DNA of 63,819 nucleotides, filler included, from Choristocarpus tenellus KU-1152 (lineage: Eukaryota; Protista; Phaeophyceae): assembly GCA_964200185.2 (NCBI GenBank). It is 12 parts of 12 records of this genome, joined end to end, with 100 filler letters (N's around TTAATTAATTAA, not from the genome) between each part and the next. Parts side by side here need not be neighbours in the genome. Positions count along the whole stretch, not along the records: positions 13,009 to 18,754 come from CAXNAD020009854.1; positions 18,855 to 23,066 come from CAXNAD020015666.1; positions 23,167 to 30,446 come from CAXNAD020006417.1; 9 more parts are not named here. One strand, 5' to 3'. This document shows positions 13,063 to 26,700 of this stretch, piece by piece; positions within the stretch are counted from its first letter, which is position 1, and the number at the start of each line of letters is the position of its first letter. The notes below the pieces were generated by a model. It worked only from the letters and a program-made list of their open reading frames with translations, had not been told where the DNA came from and ran no database searches. Both the position numbers and the translations under genes were made by a program.

Positions 13063-13979
13063 ATCTGCCCTAATCTGAGATAACACTTGCTCCTTCTGAA
13101 ACACACCTTCAAAAATACAAAGTATATATCTCGGACATGGCCTATAATAAATGGGTCCCCAGTTTCGATCTCCCTACTCACAAACGTGATTTATCTATAT
13201 CCATGTTCCCTTTGAAGTGTCTGCCCACAACGTCACAGGATACAATCTCCTTCGAATTGTGTCTGCCCTAATCCGAGTATACACTTGTTCCTTCTGAACT
13301 GGACCTTCAAAAATGACAAAGTATATAGTTCTGACTAGACCTACAATTGATTGGTCCTCCGTTCCAATCTTCCCCGTTACAAATGCAAGCACTATCAAGG
13401 AATAGACTTACATTATTCATGACCTACTCGATATCTGAATATTGCCTGTCCTATGCCCCCCAAGCACAAAGCATACTCAAGGCTGCTGCTAGTGCGTAAA
13501 AGAGGCAAGAACAAAAAAATAAAGAAATAAAGAAAGAAAGAGAGAAGGGCTAATGAGAGCGACAAAATAAAAAAACACAAAATAAAAGATAAACAAACAA
13601 TAAAAATAATATAAAATAGAGAAATAAACGGAAAGGAAAGAAGAAAAAAATCAGTGGGTCATGAAGGAAACAAAAATGAAAACTAAATTGAAAAAGAAAA
13701 GAAAAATAAAGTGGAAGAAAGAAAAGAAGAAATAAGTTGGTAAATAATGGGAGTAATAAATGGGAAAAATGATATTAATAAAATGATAAAATAAACAAAA
13801 TGGTGGGACCAGGACAAAGAAGATAAATAGGAAAATCTACGAAGAACAGAATTTTGAGATATAAAATAAAAATTATAAATATTCAAGATCACAGAAAGTA
13901 GTTACAAAGTAGAAAAGAGGGAAAAGAAAAAAGAGTAATGTATTGGTTGCATTCTTTTTTAAAGACTACAGGCTGTGCA

Positions 13980-15770
13980 ACCCATATATTACTGTATGCT
14001 CTGATGTGAGCAACTTCTTGGTTCCAGCTTCTGGTATCCGGCATTCCTTTCAGTGACTATGACTATCAATGTGTTATTCCCTTAATCTGGCATACACCAG
14101 CTAATCCTCACCTTGTCTTTCGGGTATACAGTTCTTACCTGGTGGGAGTTCTCGCAGAGAAGCCAGTCAATACCTGGACCTGTGCACCACCTGTCTCTTC
14201 CTCTTTCATCCTTCCACGACCTTTGAAACTGTTATCTATAGGGAAGAAACATAACACGTCCTTTCGGGGCAAGGGGGGAACATTAGTTGGGTGAGGTCTT
14301 GTGTCAGGATTGTAAATGTCTTAGAAGGCATAATGAACATCCAACTGTAGTGAGATAAAGCTGTTCACCGCTGCTCTTTTTGTTATCCAGTATGACAACT
14401 TACGCATTTTAGAACTTTCCTTTGTACTACAGTGCCATTCGCTAAGGGCTGACAAGGGTACACTGCTACTGCGGGATCTGGATATTGGAACTCTGTCAAA
14501 AGGTACACATGGTGACTGTGGGGATGGTCGGCAGACTTGACTTCTCTAAATGATAGTATGCTCTGGTGTCGTCTACAAAATGTTGCTCCTAACATTATTT
14601 CCTAAGGCAGCCCCACCGTCTACCTAAATGTCACATTTCACAGTTTATTTTCTGGGGGAAACGCTATTGGCAGTTTGCATGACCCCAACACCTGCATTGG
14701 TGTAATATTGCACCCTCTGGGGTTTGCTACATGTAAGGTATGTTTGCCTGCTATGTTGAGATGTGGTAAGTCGTTGCCACCCCCCAAAGAGCACTTTCGA
14801 ACCAGAAAACAGACGAGACGTAATTCCCCCCTCATGCACCTGTGTCAAGGAGTACCTGGACAGGCATTCTCGAATGAACTTTTGTGTGGATGCCATAGCA
14901 GGGCGGATATTCATACTTTACTACGCTGAGCAGGTGTCATGGCGAATATTATCAAGTTGGGAATGGGAGACTTACTGTCTATAGTTGGAATAACGGGGAT
15001 CCCTGGAGCCTCAGACTCCAGGGCTTAGCTTCAAGACGACTCTGAAGCATTCGAATCGGTTGGGCTTCTTGCGAATAGTGGAGGGAGTTCAGAGTCTTGC
15101 ATCACTGCTATGTATTGGAGTTGTGTATTTGTATAGGCTACCACGGTACGCGACGCTGCAGTGGATTGAGCACCTGGATATCCTTGGTGGATTCTTAAAA
15201 GGTATGAGAAGTATCCCTTGGGAACTACCGAGTCGTCATGTGTATACCTGCACTCACCGGTTATGGACCTGAAGCAGTGTTGACCATAGGCATGATGGAA
15301 GCAAACTTGGTGTGCCTTTAGCCATGCATCGACTTCATCCTAGGAGGAAGATGGTGGAGGTAAGGCTTTGCCGCTCACCTTGTCTGTGGGTAAGGAAAGT
15401 GGGGATGGACTCACAGGCTGGGTAATGGATGTGAATGATTGAACGGGTTTTGATGCATTGATTCTTGGAACGAATAAGGTACCGTATTTACCAGGAATGG
15501 AGGAAGGTTGGTTGTTTAAGGCAGCACGGACAGCAGTGAGGAGTTCTGGGCTAAAACAGGTTGGAGCATTGGCATGAGGGCTGCCAGTACACTCTTGACA
15601 ACCTCTTGGTGTGGCAGTGAATTTTGGCTTGTTACCTCTTCTGACGTGGACATCCTATTCTGGCGAGGTAGTCCCAGTTCCTGCCTGACGATCGGGTTTT
15701 TGGCTGAGGCAGCGAACGGGTGTGACATGCTAGCGATAGCATGCGCATTTGACATGATACCCAAAGCAAT
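13980..15770 (-). mobile_element. Decayed Ty3/gypsy-like gag-pol remnant
   Basis: Aspartic protease motif VQVLLDTGA*GGNYVS at about 14815-14862; surrounding frames are broken and the boundaries are approximate. Confidence 0.55.
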
Positions 15771-16024
15771 GTGAGTTTTATCCTTGTACTACCTCTGTGC
15801 CAAAAGTTTGTGCCGCAAAACATCTGGGCTTGACAAGCGAGAACGGCGCAGAATCGGACGATAACCCCATAAAATGAAATCGGTTGACAATCTCAGCTTT
15901 CAGAAAAGGTTGGAGGTAGAGGATCATCCGCTACAAACTCGAGGCGCTTCAAGCCGTCAAACTAGGGGTCTTTTGGGGCAATTTTGAGGCCTGACCTGGG
16001 CATGGTGAGGATCAGCACGTAGGC

Positions 16025-16356
16025 ATGGAAAACCCTCCTTTGACCCCCTTGCGTAGGAAGGATGCCCAAGTGTCCCTGAATGCCAGGGTTGCGCTTGCAG
16101 TGCGGCACACCCTCGCAGCAGAGTTTGGAGTGTCCAAGCGTTTCATGCGAGGGCTCTGGGAGGATGTTACCGATCAGCTTGCCCGTGGCCACACGCTTGA
16201 CCTAGGGGTGGCGGCACATAGTGGGCGGCCTTCAGAGCTCACACCGACCAAGATGACCGCAATATATAATATCAACTCCGATAATCGGTCATCCACAGTG
16301 CGTCAGGTGACAATGAAGATGGGCGCCAAGGGGCTCAATTATAGCACAAGCACCAT
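16025..16356 (+). mobile_element. Tc1/mariner-type transposase N-terminal HTH fragment, cut by an LTR element
   Basis: LAAEFGVSKRFMRGLW...SGRPSELT...RSSTVRQV...STSTI has the paired-like HTH and GRP linker pattern. Confidence 0.6.
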
Positions 16357-18283
16357 TGTGCAAAATAGGACAATAGTGAGGTGTACCTTATTTTGTGTAT
16401 GAGAGGTGTAACTAATGAGATAGTACGTCTGGATTATGAATGGGAGTATGAATGGGTTTTTATTCTGCATTCAACTACTTTGACATAACCATGGACTTAT
16501 GTATGAGGACCAAATAATTATAAAAACAAGCAACCAGAAGACACCCTACAAAGGTCACTCTTCTAATTTCAACCATGTAATCACGTTCAGCAAAGGGGGT
16601 CGTGTGAGGCTTCACACCTTCTTATCTTCACTACTAACAAATAAAATTACTTCCCAAGGTAATTTGCGCAGGTTATGAGCCTAAGCAGTATGGAGAAAAG
16701 GAGCAGGTGATGGGCCCGAACAACATGAAGAATTTGCCCAACTGAACTGGAGCATCGGCATGATCAGTGGAGACTTGGACAACATGGAGATTATATCTGG
16801 TGGTTTATGCCAGCGAAAGGGTCTTTAGGACATTGTGCGGCAAATATACATCGTCCTGAACTCACGGAGACACTAACGGAACAGGAACGAATATCGCACG
16901 GAAACTACGAAAGAGAAGAATTAATGAAGGATGCACGGAGGACTAGATCCCCGTGCAGCTCAACAGAGGATGTGCGGAGGACGATATCCTTGTGCAGCTC
17001 ATCACAAGACCCGATATAAGCTACAGGAAGCTGAAACGGGCAATAGTATCATCATCGTCATCCCAACAAAGTGGACCTGCACCTTCGACACAAATGGAAG
17101 CTGGAGGCTAAGGAGACATGAGATATGGTACGATCGATAACAAGCAAGAACTGGAGGTCAAGAAGATAATTTGGGTACCTGGTATGCCAACAAGATCCCC
17201 TACCAGAGACGAGATCAGGACCAACAGAAGATGTTTAAACTGTGGACTGATCAAGCATATTGGTCCTTGCTCTTTTAAAGGAATATGCTACAACTGTGGA
17301 GGTAAAGGAAACCTTCAGATCGTTTGTCGCCAGAGGAGAGCGACACCGTCTTAACAGGCGGAGGAATTAGCTGGACCAGGGTTGGAGCCAGAAACGAAAA
17401 CCAGAGGAAGCTTGTCAGCAAAGGGCTGCCTGTACAAGACTTGTAAGTCTGGGAAGTAAATAATATCTACTCCAGACCATCAAGAACCATCTTCCATATC
17501 AGAGGCACCCTGGCGAGGAAGATTGTTAGCAAAGGACTTCACTCAACAAGAGGATGTACAAGATATTCAATTATGATAGGCTACAAGCCTGGGGGAGTGA
17601 GTGTTACGTCCAACAAGAGAAACAGCAAGAGGGGGCTGGTTCAAATTATTGACCATGAACTAAGCAAGGGGTCATCATTGGATACGATTGTACATCACTG
17701 TGTTGGTGCATCTAAAGAAACAAGTACAAGACTTCGTAGACACTGTCTTGACTAGATGAATGACGTATGTTTGAGTTCAAGCAATCAGTGTTATTTTATT
17801 GCGTTGACAAGATAAATGTGATGTGTGTGAGAATTGAACCAATCTGACGTCTTTTACTTCCATTTTCATGGCCAGTGTGCAGAATGGGGAGTGTACACAA
17901 TAAGATGTTTTAGGTTTGAGAGTTCCAGCAACTTTTCATTGCCTGCACTCTCATGGGGGATTGTGCAAAATAGGACATAGTGAGGTGTACCTTATTTTGT
18001 GTATATGAGATTATTGTGTTGAATTGAGTACATGTAATGTATCTAATGATATAGTACATCCGGATTATGTATGGGATTATGTATTGGTATTTATTCCGCG
18101 TTCAACTAATTTGACATAACCGTTGACTTAGATAGGACGCACAAATAAACAATACACAAACAATGAGAAGACACCACACAAAGGTCACTCTTCTAATTTC
18201 AACAACCATCCATTCTTTTTCACGTTCAGCAAGGGGTCGTGTGAAGCTGAGAAATAGCATTACCTCCCAAGGTAATTTGCACA
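16357..18283 (+). mobile_element. Short non-autonomous Ty1/copia LTR element (gag remnant, pol largely deleted)
   Basis: LTRs 16357-16670 and 17962-18283 (TGTGCAAAATAGG...GGTAATTTGC(G/A)CA); PBS GGTTATGAGCC at 16671; purine tract GGGGGA before the 3' LTR; degenerate zinc knuckles CLNCG..H and CYNCGGKG...C. Confidence 0.88.
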
Positions 18284-18854
18284 TAAGTAGCTTCAAGAAG
18301 CCCACGACATATAACGGAGATAAAGATTGTGAAGAAGCTGACATAGCCCTTATGGAGTGGGGAAGAGTTATTGTGTCTGAGGCCTCCTTTTTGTCCGAGC
18401 GATGTGGAAGGGCCATTGACACTACACAGCTCTCAAAGAAAAATGGGCACTGATCTACAAGGAACGGAAAGGGGTTAGGTTATGCTCAAAACATTTCTGG
18501 TCTGCTCTTCTGTCTTGCCCATAATATATCGATGGCCAAGGACCTGTAAGGCCACCTTAAGAGTTACGTAATGACATTGGAAAGATGATGTCATGTCCAT
18601 TGCCATCTCTACCAGCGGTTCAGCAGCAAATGCCATCGCATCACATGCCCTCCAACTGCGCAACAAATTGAGCCACTTGATGTGTTAAAGAAACTGATGT
18701 TCCCAAGACTTGTGTGTGTAAATAACTCGATTATTTCCTCATTATGTAGAACAGNNNNNNNNNNNNNNNNNNNNNNNNNNNNNNNNNNNNNNNNNNNNTT
18801 AATTAATTAANNNNNNNNNNNNNNNNNNNNNNNNNNNNNNNNNNNNNNNNNNNN

Positions 18855-18924
18855 TCAAAAATCGCGACATACAAAAATTGACCCCAAATGGACAGCCGCT
18901 ACCCCCTGCCAGATACTTTGAGCC
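18855..18924 (-). mobile_element. MITE family A, partial at contig start
   Basis: AATCGCGACAT...CCCCAAATGGACAG...AGATACTTTGAGCC. Confidence 0.82.
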
Positions 18925-18929
18925 CCTCC

Positions 18930-19960
18930 AAGATAAACAAACACAAATACAGACAAAAAACCATGATAGCACTGAACTTGGGTATTGCCACGGACTCTCC
19001 CCTTTCAGAACTAAAACACAGAAACGATAGGACACTAAGACCATGACTCACAGTCACAAAAGAGATTGGGAGCTGTCATGGAAAGGCTTACCCTTGCTAG
19101 GAACTATGAATATATACCAAAAAATCAACATCTTAAAATAAAAAATAAGAATAGCGAACATCTCAGCAAGTCTCTCCCTCTTCACAACTATCAACAAAAA
19201 TGAATACAGACACAAAATTACAATAGCACTGAAATAGNNNNNNNNNNGGCTTACCCTTGCTAGGAACTATGAATACATGCCAAAAAATTCAAACATCTCA
19301 CAATAAAGAAATAGCAATAGAGAGCATATCAGCAAGTCTCTCCCTCTGCACAACTATCAGCAAAAATAAATACAGGCACACAATTACAATAGCACTGAAA
19401 TAGGGTACTGCTTAGACTGCCCCCCTTCACAGCTATAAACACAAATTATTGGACACCAAGATGTCTCACAGTCACAAACAAAAACAAGGTCTTGCCATAT
19501 AAAGGCTTGCTCAACCCATAAACAAAGAACATACAAAAGACTCCGAAAAATAGGGAGTGGAATGTCATAGTAAGACTCTCCCCCTCACAAATATCAACAA
19601 AAATGAATATGACTGCAAAATTACAATAGCACTGAAATAGGGAGTTGTCATAGACTCTCCCCCTTCAGAACTAAACACAAACAACTATAGGACACCAACA
19701 CAATTGCCTCACAGTCGCATAGAGGTAGGGTGCTGCCATGGAAAGGCTTACCTACCTTCTCTAGGAACTATGAACGTACAAACAAACAAGATAAGCGTCT
19801 TACAATATCATCAAAATAGGGAGTGTCATAGCAAGACTCTCCTGCTTCAGAACTATCAACACAAACAAGTACAAGACACAAGAATAATCTCTCGACAAAC
19901 ACAGACAAAATGTCTAGCAATAATATAAAATATCTATAAGCCATAGCAAGACTTTTCACA
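18930..19960. repeat. Degenerate satellite-like tandem array
   Basis: Recurring ACAATAGCACTGAAATAG, GACTCTCCC(C)TTCA(G/C)AACTA and GGCTTACC..CTAGGAACTATGAA; internal N gap. Confidence 0.75.
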
Positions 19961-20134
19961 CTGGTAGAGTGCGAAAAGGCAGACATGCTATTCGCCTGTA
20001 ACATACGCCCTAGCGTAAACTAGGAATATATGTTTCATTCTTATCACAGGCGATTATCACGGGTCAGGACAATAAATAACATCTATCAACTCGAATCGTG
20101 CTGCGGCAGCATGTATTAATTGCCACATGGCGAC

Positions 20135-20340
20135 ATAGGGGCTCCAGTTCCGACTCTGTTCCGACTCCGTTCTCACTCTGCCAGTTTTTTCTGCGACCTA
20201 GGGACTCCAGTTCCGACTCCGTTCCGACTCTGTTCCCACTCTGCCAGTTTTGTTGCAACCTAGGGTCTCCAGTTCCGACTCCATTCCGACTCCGTTCCCA
20301 CTCTGACAGTTTTGTTGCGACCTAGGGACCCAGTTCCGAC
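20135..20340. repeat. Compound minisatellite built on GTTCCGACTC
   Basis: Three to four roughly 58-bp units CTAGGG..CCAGTTCCGACTCCGTTCCGACTC.GTTCCCACTCTG.CAGTTTT. Confidence 0.85.
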
Positions 20341-21539
20341 TAAACCCGTGGGATAAAAGGATAGTGTGTGATACACAAAAAACAGATCGGGAATGTGAGT
20401 GTACGAATGGCGAGGAAGAACTACCTAGGCAACGTCTATACTCTGGCTGTCAAAAACCACTCGTTTACGACTATAGGTGGATGATGTGGTGGCGATCGGA
20501 GGCCACTCTTTTTACAGCTAGAGAGGGGCGATTCCTCAGAAGCCACAGAAGCCCTCAGACCCATGAAGACGACGAGCCCACGGAGGGAATCCCGTAGACG
20601 ACGAATGAAGACCACAAACCCAGGTGAAACAAGAAACCATTCCAGGTGGAACAAGAAAACAATCCTGGTAGAACAAGCAAGGACCTCCGGTCTCGGTTAG
20701 ACGTCCAGTCTCGGTTAGACCTCCAGTCTCGGTTAGACCTCCATGTTACAGGCGCTCCAGAAAGCTTACCTCCCCAAGATATATAGCTCCAATCCACGGT
20801 CGTATAGATGGTGCCGATGTGCGTATAGGACTCCTGATGCACAATTCGTCAAGTATGCTGGACCTCTCACTTTGCATTATCATCGTTATCGTCATATAAA
20901 GAAAGGAACTGACCTGCGCTGTCTTATGACAATGGGGGACTACAATGACCAAATAATAATAAATAATCAAGAAGTACAAATATATGACATCTAGAACTTC
21001 GATGTCATAATGGTGTTTATGAAACCGCCATTAAGACATATCGCCTGTGACATTTCCGCATCGGTCCAGTCTTCTATACGGGGGCACTTGTGCACACAGG
21101 GTCAGCCCCTTACCGGGAAAAAGGCCTCCCGCTCGATATTACATTTGCAGAAGTGCAGGCAACCTCCCAACTTCCACATTCATCCACCAGCAATAGTGTA
21201 ATTTCTGCTGCAGCCGAGGTGCGAAAACACACCCACTACGAGGGCTCTTTTTATCCGTCGCAGTTGTAACCTCAACGCCTTCGCAGTGGAACGTTTTGGG
21301 CGCCTCGCCAAGCAAGCAGAACGTTTCCTGGATGAGCAGGCTACACATGCGCTAGGGGGGAGAGAAACTAGAGGCTATGGCAGGAAAGGGGTGGTCAAAT
21401 CCCGCCGAAGACAAATTGCATCGGTAAAAACGAAGGTGGTCCTGTCTAAACGGGTCATGCGTTTTAAGCTGGAGTCGTCAAGAAAATGGGTAAGGAGGGG
21501 TTTGTTCGATTCTTGGGAATGTAATACTGGGCATCACTA

Positions 21540-22200
21540 ATGGGCGCCCCCTCCCACCGCACATGTGTCACATCAGTGGAGCCCACAGCATCAGGAAATC
21601 ATGCCGCTCCGTACGTGCGCACGACCTCCCCCAAATCTTCGCCCTCTGGTAGATAAATCCACTTAGAGTACATCACACGCGCAAAGCACTAGCAGAAGCG
21701 GTGAAATGTGGTTTGTGCTGTACTCTCAGATATACTGAAGAATTGCTCGATATCATCAAAGCAGTTTTCCCCGGAGAGGATTTGGAGAACCGATGGCACC
21801 TGCAGGTGGCAAAAGTCACTTATGGTACTGTCACAGGCCAAAAGGGCGATTGAATCTACGAGTCCCATCGAGGTAGACTCTTCACACAAAAAACAACACT
21901 ACTGGCGGGTATGATCACCTTCAGCTTCGGTGGCATCTGCGGTTCGACAACCAAGCCACCCCTGCCTTTGTGTCTCCTTCACTAATTCTTTCAAGAGAAC
22001 AAAATAGGACTCGGAACCGCCACCTAAACTTCAGCGCCTCCCGCGAAGTGGCGTCTCTCAGAGACTCCTCTCTCTCCCCAGAATAACCCCCCACGAGCTT
22101 GCCGAGTAAAGTGGCCGATCGTGGGGGATTCGAAACCTTCGAAACAATGGACGTTCTCCCTCCTCATCCTCCTCGTCCATCAGAGAGTAGATGAGCAATA
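21540..22200 (-). mobile_element. Decayed PIF/Harbinger transposase
   Basis: KFRWRFRV, SVLQIL..ENCFDDIEQFFSISESTAQTTFHRFC and FPDAVGSTDVTHVRW (first catalytic D of the Harbinger DDE), with frameshifts. Confidence 0.8.
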
Positions 22201-23166
22201 ATATCCACAGTTGCGTTTATCATCTCTGCCTAAATCTTGCCGACAACCTAAAGGTTGTTTCATCGAAAGACGGTGAGCTAGACGACGACGAACTCGAAGA
22301 CGATGAACCCGAGGATGATGAACCGGAGGATTATTGACATTCGGTCTCCCTCGCTCTCTTCATCCCCATTATGTCCATCTTGAACCAGATGTGCTATATA
22401 TACGTAATACCTTTGTAGCCCCAAGTAGTATGCTACGAACATCAACAGAGCGTAAATCCAAACACTACGAATTACGTTCAGATTTTCCTTGAAAATTTGC
22501 CACGAGTCCTCTCATCCACCCTCCGTTCGGATTTGGCTCGTTCAGAAATGCCCAAGAATTGCCATACAACTTACACTGGTGAGGAATTTCCATTTGGAAA
22601 TGCTCAAAAATGTCCAAAACCAAAACCAAACGACGTTGAAAACGTGCCTATAAGATATGTTTAACCAGCAACGTTACATACTCATTTTGAGTGTTTAGTT
22701 TAACTTTTTTTGACCTTTTCCCAGTTTGGACTTACCCCCCATTGGCGTGGAACACGATAGTTTCTCATCTGCAGCCTGCACAATTTTATACTGTACTAAT
22801 GTACAAACGATGCAACGCCGTCGTTTTATCAAAACACCAACCACTATCATGCCCGTTGCTTTGATGTTCGGTAGAAATAACATAGAGAGTGTCCCCAAAG
22901 GAGTATCGTGCATGCCCCTTCAAGTCTACCGCTAGATGATTTTTGTGTTGAGCAAGAGAGTGCGATGCATATGTTAGGTGGGGGAATGTTGCTCACGAAA
23001 CTATAGTTAACAATAACTCGTCTTTGGCGCCATCCCCATCTATTTTCACAACCTCATATCTGCTTTNNNNNNNNNNNNNNNNNNNNNNNNNNNNNNNNNN
23101 NNNNNNNNNNTTAATTAATTAANNNNNNNNNNNNNNNNNNNNNNNNNNNNNNNNNNNNNNNNNNNN

Positions 23167-23750
23167 CCGTCCTCCGTAGTGCAAGGGATGCCCATCCCCT
23201 TGGATAGTCGGTGTAGGCGTTTTACCATTGGAGTGTGCTGTCGTACCTGTCCCCCTGCCCTGGGGAAGGTACGGGCATGTCTGGTATGAACATTTTGCCT
23301 CCTGCATCCTGCCACTGGGCACCTGTTGGATAGGGCCTCCTTCCTCCCGAGGGATCTGCTGACTGCGAGCTTAAATTCCTGAGGGGCGATCTGGCATGCT
23401 GGTTCCAGAGGTTGAGTTGAAGCCCACGCGTTTGCCCCTTGTCTACACTGGCTCTGGTGGCGCACTAGGACCAATGAAGAGCTTTCCCTCCCTTGGTGTG
23501 CCTCATTTGGAAGGCCGGCCAACTGTGTCCTGAAGGAGTCAAAACGGATCTTGCTGAGGAGGCGTGTGATCTCGTGTTGAGCCCTCCTTGTGAACCTGGC
23601 GTCATGGGCAGCTAGGATATGTACCTCCAGGGCAGGTGCAGGGGATGTTGTTCCCCCCCAAGTTACCCAGTCTTGCCAATGATTTCGGGAAGTTCTTCTG
23701 ACCTCATGTTCCAAGCACCAAATGAGGTGGCAGCCATCAGCCTGATGTGA
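23167..23750 (-). mobile_element. Non-LTR retrotransposon C-terminal region (RLE-type, CRE-like)
   Basis: SQ..QGANAW...P.....EFKLAVSRSLG...CP..GC......H.....G.QVRQH....L....GI...E pattern that precedes the restriction-like endonuclease. Confidence 0.7.
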
Positions 23751-26700
23751 AATGACGTAGATGATATTAAGATATCCCGTTTTATTGTTCAACTTAGGTA
23801 TGAAAATAACCCTTTCCCCTATATACAAAAATATTTTGACAAGTTCACAAGTCTCTTCATTGTGTCGAATATTAACACTAAGTTCCCATCGTTAATTATG
23901 AATCGTCATGACGTCAGCAAGTTCCAATAATCAAAATGTTCTGGAACAAAATAATATTTAATACGGGAAGATCTGAATACCTACATCAGAATATTAGAAG
24001 TGGCGTATTGGTGAGATTAATTGTTATGTTGAAGTTGAGTATAAATTGGTGGTACATATTGTTCAATAGATCCTTCATCACTCTTCAAATATCTTCTCTG
24101 TCTCTATCAATTATACTTGGAGGATTTTGACAAGAATTGACCTCAACAAGTATAGATTGGAAGGACAAACCAAACCGAATGGAAAAGGAACCACTATAGG
24201 TCAATATTGATACAAAATATAGTACCCAAATTTGTAGAATGTAGAATGTGAACCCATATACAAATCGTAGATGTAGTTCTAATATAGATACGGATAAAAT
24301 ATCTACTTATTATATAGCCTCTGTTCTAGTATCTTGAACGTTGTATTCTAATCAGGAAAAATACCATGTCCTAAGAGATCTGAGTATAGTATTAAGTACA
24401 TAGATATGATATTATTTATGATTTTTTTGGTAGTTTTGGTGTGGGATAGTGTTAGGATTATACACTATACTTACAATCTATAGATAAAGGATCTGGTTAT
24501 ACCTGAATCTGTTGGATCCTGTTTGAACATGTCGATACCAACCTTACTCCAGCATACAGTGCGCGCGCAAATATATCTACACAGTTTTTACTCGCCATCA
24601 ATACCTGGAAAACTGACCACCTCCAATCTTCTCAGAGAAACTGACTGCACTGTCACAAACGTCTAGGTACCTATCCTCTGGTCCGTGAAAAGTCCCCGGA
24701 AAAGCACCCTGCGGATAGAAGATCGGAGGACAATGCAGACACAAGGGAAAGCTCAGCATGTACCTCTGAAGAAGGTAATCATGTGGTAGTAATTGGGGAT
24801 AAGAGTGCACACACTAAATGTACTGATCCAAAGAGGTCTGTACTTCCTCCTCGCATATCAGAAGGTGCGTTCGTCGATGTCCTGTTTGACAACCGATTAC
24901 ATGCTTATCCTTCTCTCGGAATAGGTGAAGCTCAAGTTCCATTACGAAGAGGGCATCCGTGTGGTGGTGGTCTCGGAAGGGGATTGCCTATCGAAACTGA
25001 AAGAGGTGACCATCGTACAATTACATGGCAAATTTGATCTCCTACGGGCATGCTTGTACTACTGGTGATATATTCAAGTCGTAAGATCTTCTGGTGCGAC
25101 GAAAGCTTATCATTACATTTTCCCGTCTTCGTCTATGCACTGAAGATAGTGCAGTGGTACCAGTGAAGTTTATGCAAGGTATCCTTTGATGCCCACTCGC
25201 AATCCTGCCCAATGTGACGTATCTTCGCATACTCAGGCGATGCCCTGTGTAGCGCTTATAGTAATCCTCCTCGAAGACTTGTCTTGTAAGCTGTGTGAGC
25301 TCATGAGAAAATAAACTCTCCTGTCCAACTATTAGTGTAATTTTGTATCATTTGCAGTGAAGCTTGAGGGTGAAGATTGTCCTTGCTGACTGAAGAAGAC
25401 CCGCGCCACCCATCCCCGTCTGTCTTGCCAGCGTTTGAGGGGAGACTACGGCTTTGACGTATCCCTTGTTTATGAGGATAACGATGGTGACAAGGTAATT
25501 GGCTACATACAAGGGGAGATACACAACTATTTCCAACTTTTATATAGAAATGATCGTATCTGCTCTCTATTGAACTTGAATGCTGCTGCTTGCCCTTAGA
25601 ATGTTAGCCAACTTACCACAGATGATATCTATCTCCTTGCAATTGTTAAGGGTGTGGTTTTGCTGCGAATGTGCCTGGTTGCCTTCCATGATTTCCCTAC
25701 ATTTCTACTTCTGAAGTATTTTCAACACAACTGGTTTTGTGTATTTATCAATAAGGCTGTGTTTTCTGTCATTGTTGAACACAGCTGTTTCTGACTGAAG
25801 AAGCACTTGCCAAGGCTTCTGCTCTTGCAGACTATCCCATGTTTTCTCTCTGAACAAACTCTTCTTCTCAAGTATCTCCACTTCTGTTCATGCTCCCCAT
25901 TCTGTGATAACATTGCTCAATTTTTTGTTTTTGTGACGAATGTTCCATGGCCTTTCTTGCAGATATTTTTGCCAAGAGTAGATGCCTATTTTTGAGTGCT
26001 ACTCCGTAGAGTTTGCAACTTGTTTTGAAGGAATGAAATCTTTATATATCTGATTTATTTACTTTTGAGGTCACAGGGTGAACGTGAGGTTAAGATGCAT
26101 ACTGTGTCTTCTTATATGTTTCAACCGCTTTCTGTATTTGTGTGTAGGATTGGTTCATTCCAACAATCGTCACCATCCGACTTGTGTCAGTTGGATTGAG
26201 GTGAGAAAACTGCAGTGTGTGCTGAAAACCTGTGGTATACTTTGGATTGCGCAAAGATAGGGCATACTCAGGAACGAGCCGAGGATATCCGAGGCAAAGA
26301 GGAACATCAATAGTTCTATGGATCTTTACAGAAAATGCTTCTTATACATGTGTTCTGTACATGTGTGTGCAAGTGTCCCACGACTCTTGAAAGATAGCTT
26401 TCAAGCGACCCAATTGGATGAGACACTTAAAGTTCCATGACGACTGTAGTTGCTGGAAGCATTTGATCGTTTCCATTCTCTTCCACCCCCTCCCCTCTCT
26501 CCTTTACTTGTTAATCTGTCAAGCGCCTACTGTGACGATTGAAGAAACTGTGCTCTTGAAGTTCAATTTTTGCTCAGTTGAATGAACATCACCAATCTCC
26601 AGTCCTTCCTCCCTGCCACCTCAAAACAGATCCTGTTGGGGTGTGAGAATGACCTGAAAGAGCTCATCTACAACGAACAGGGAAGCGTTAATGTACACGT

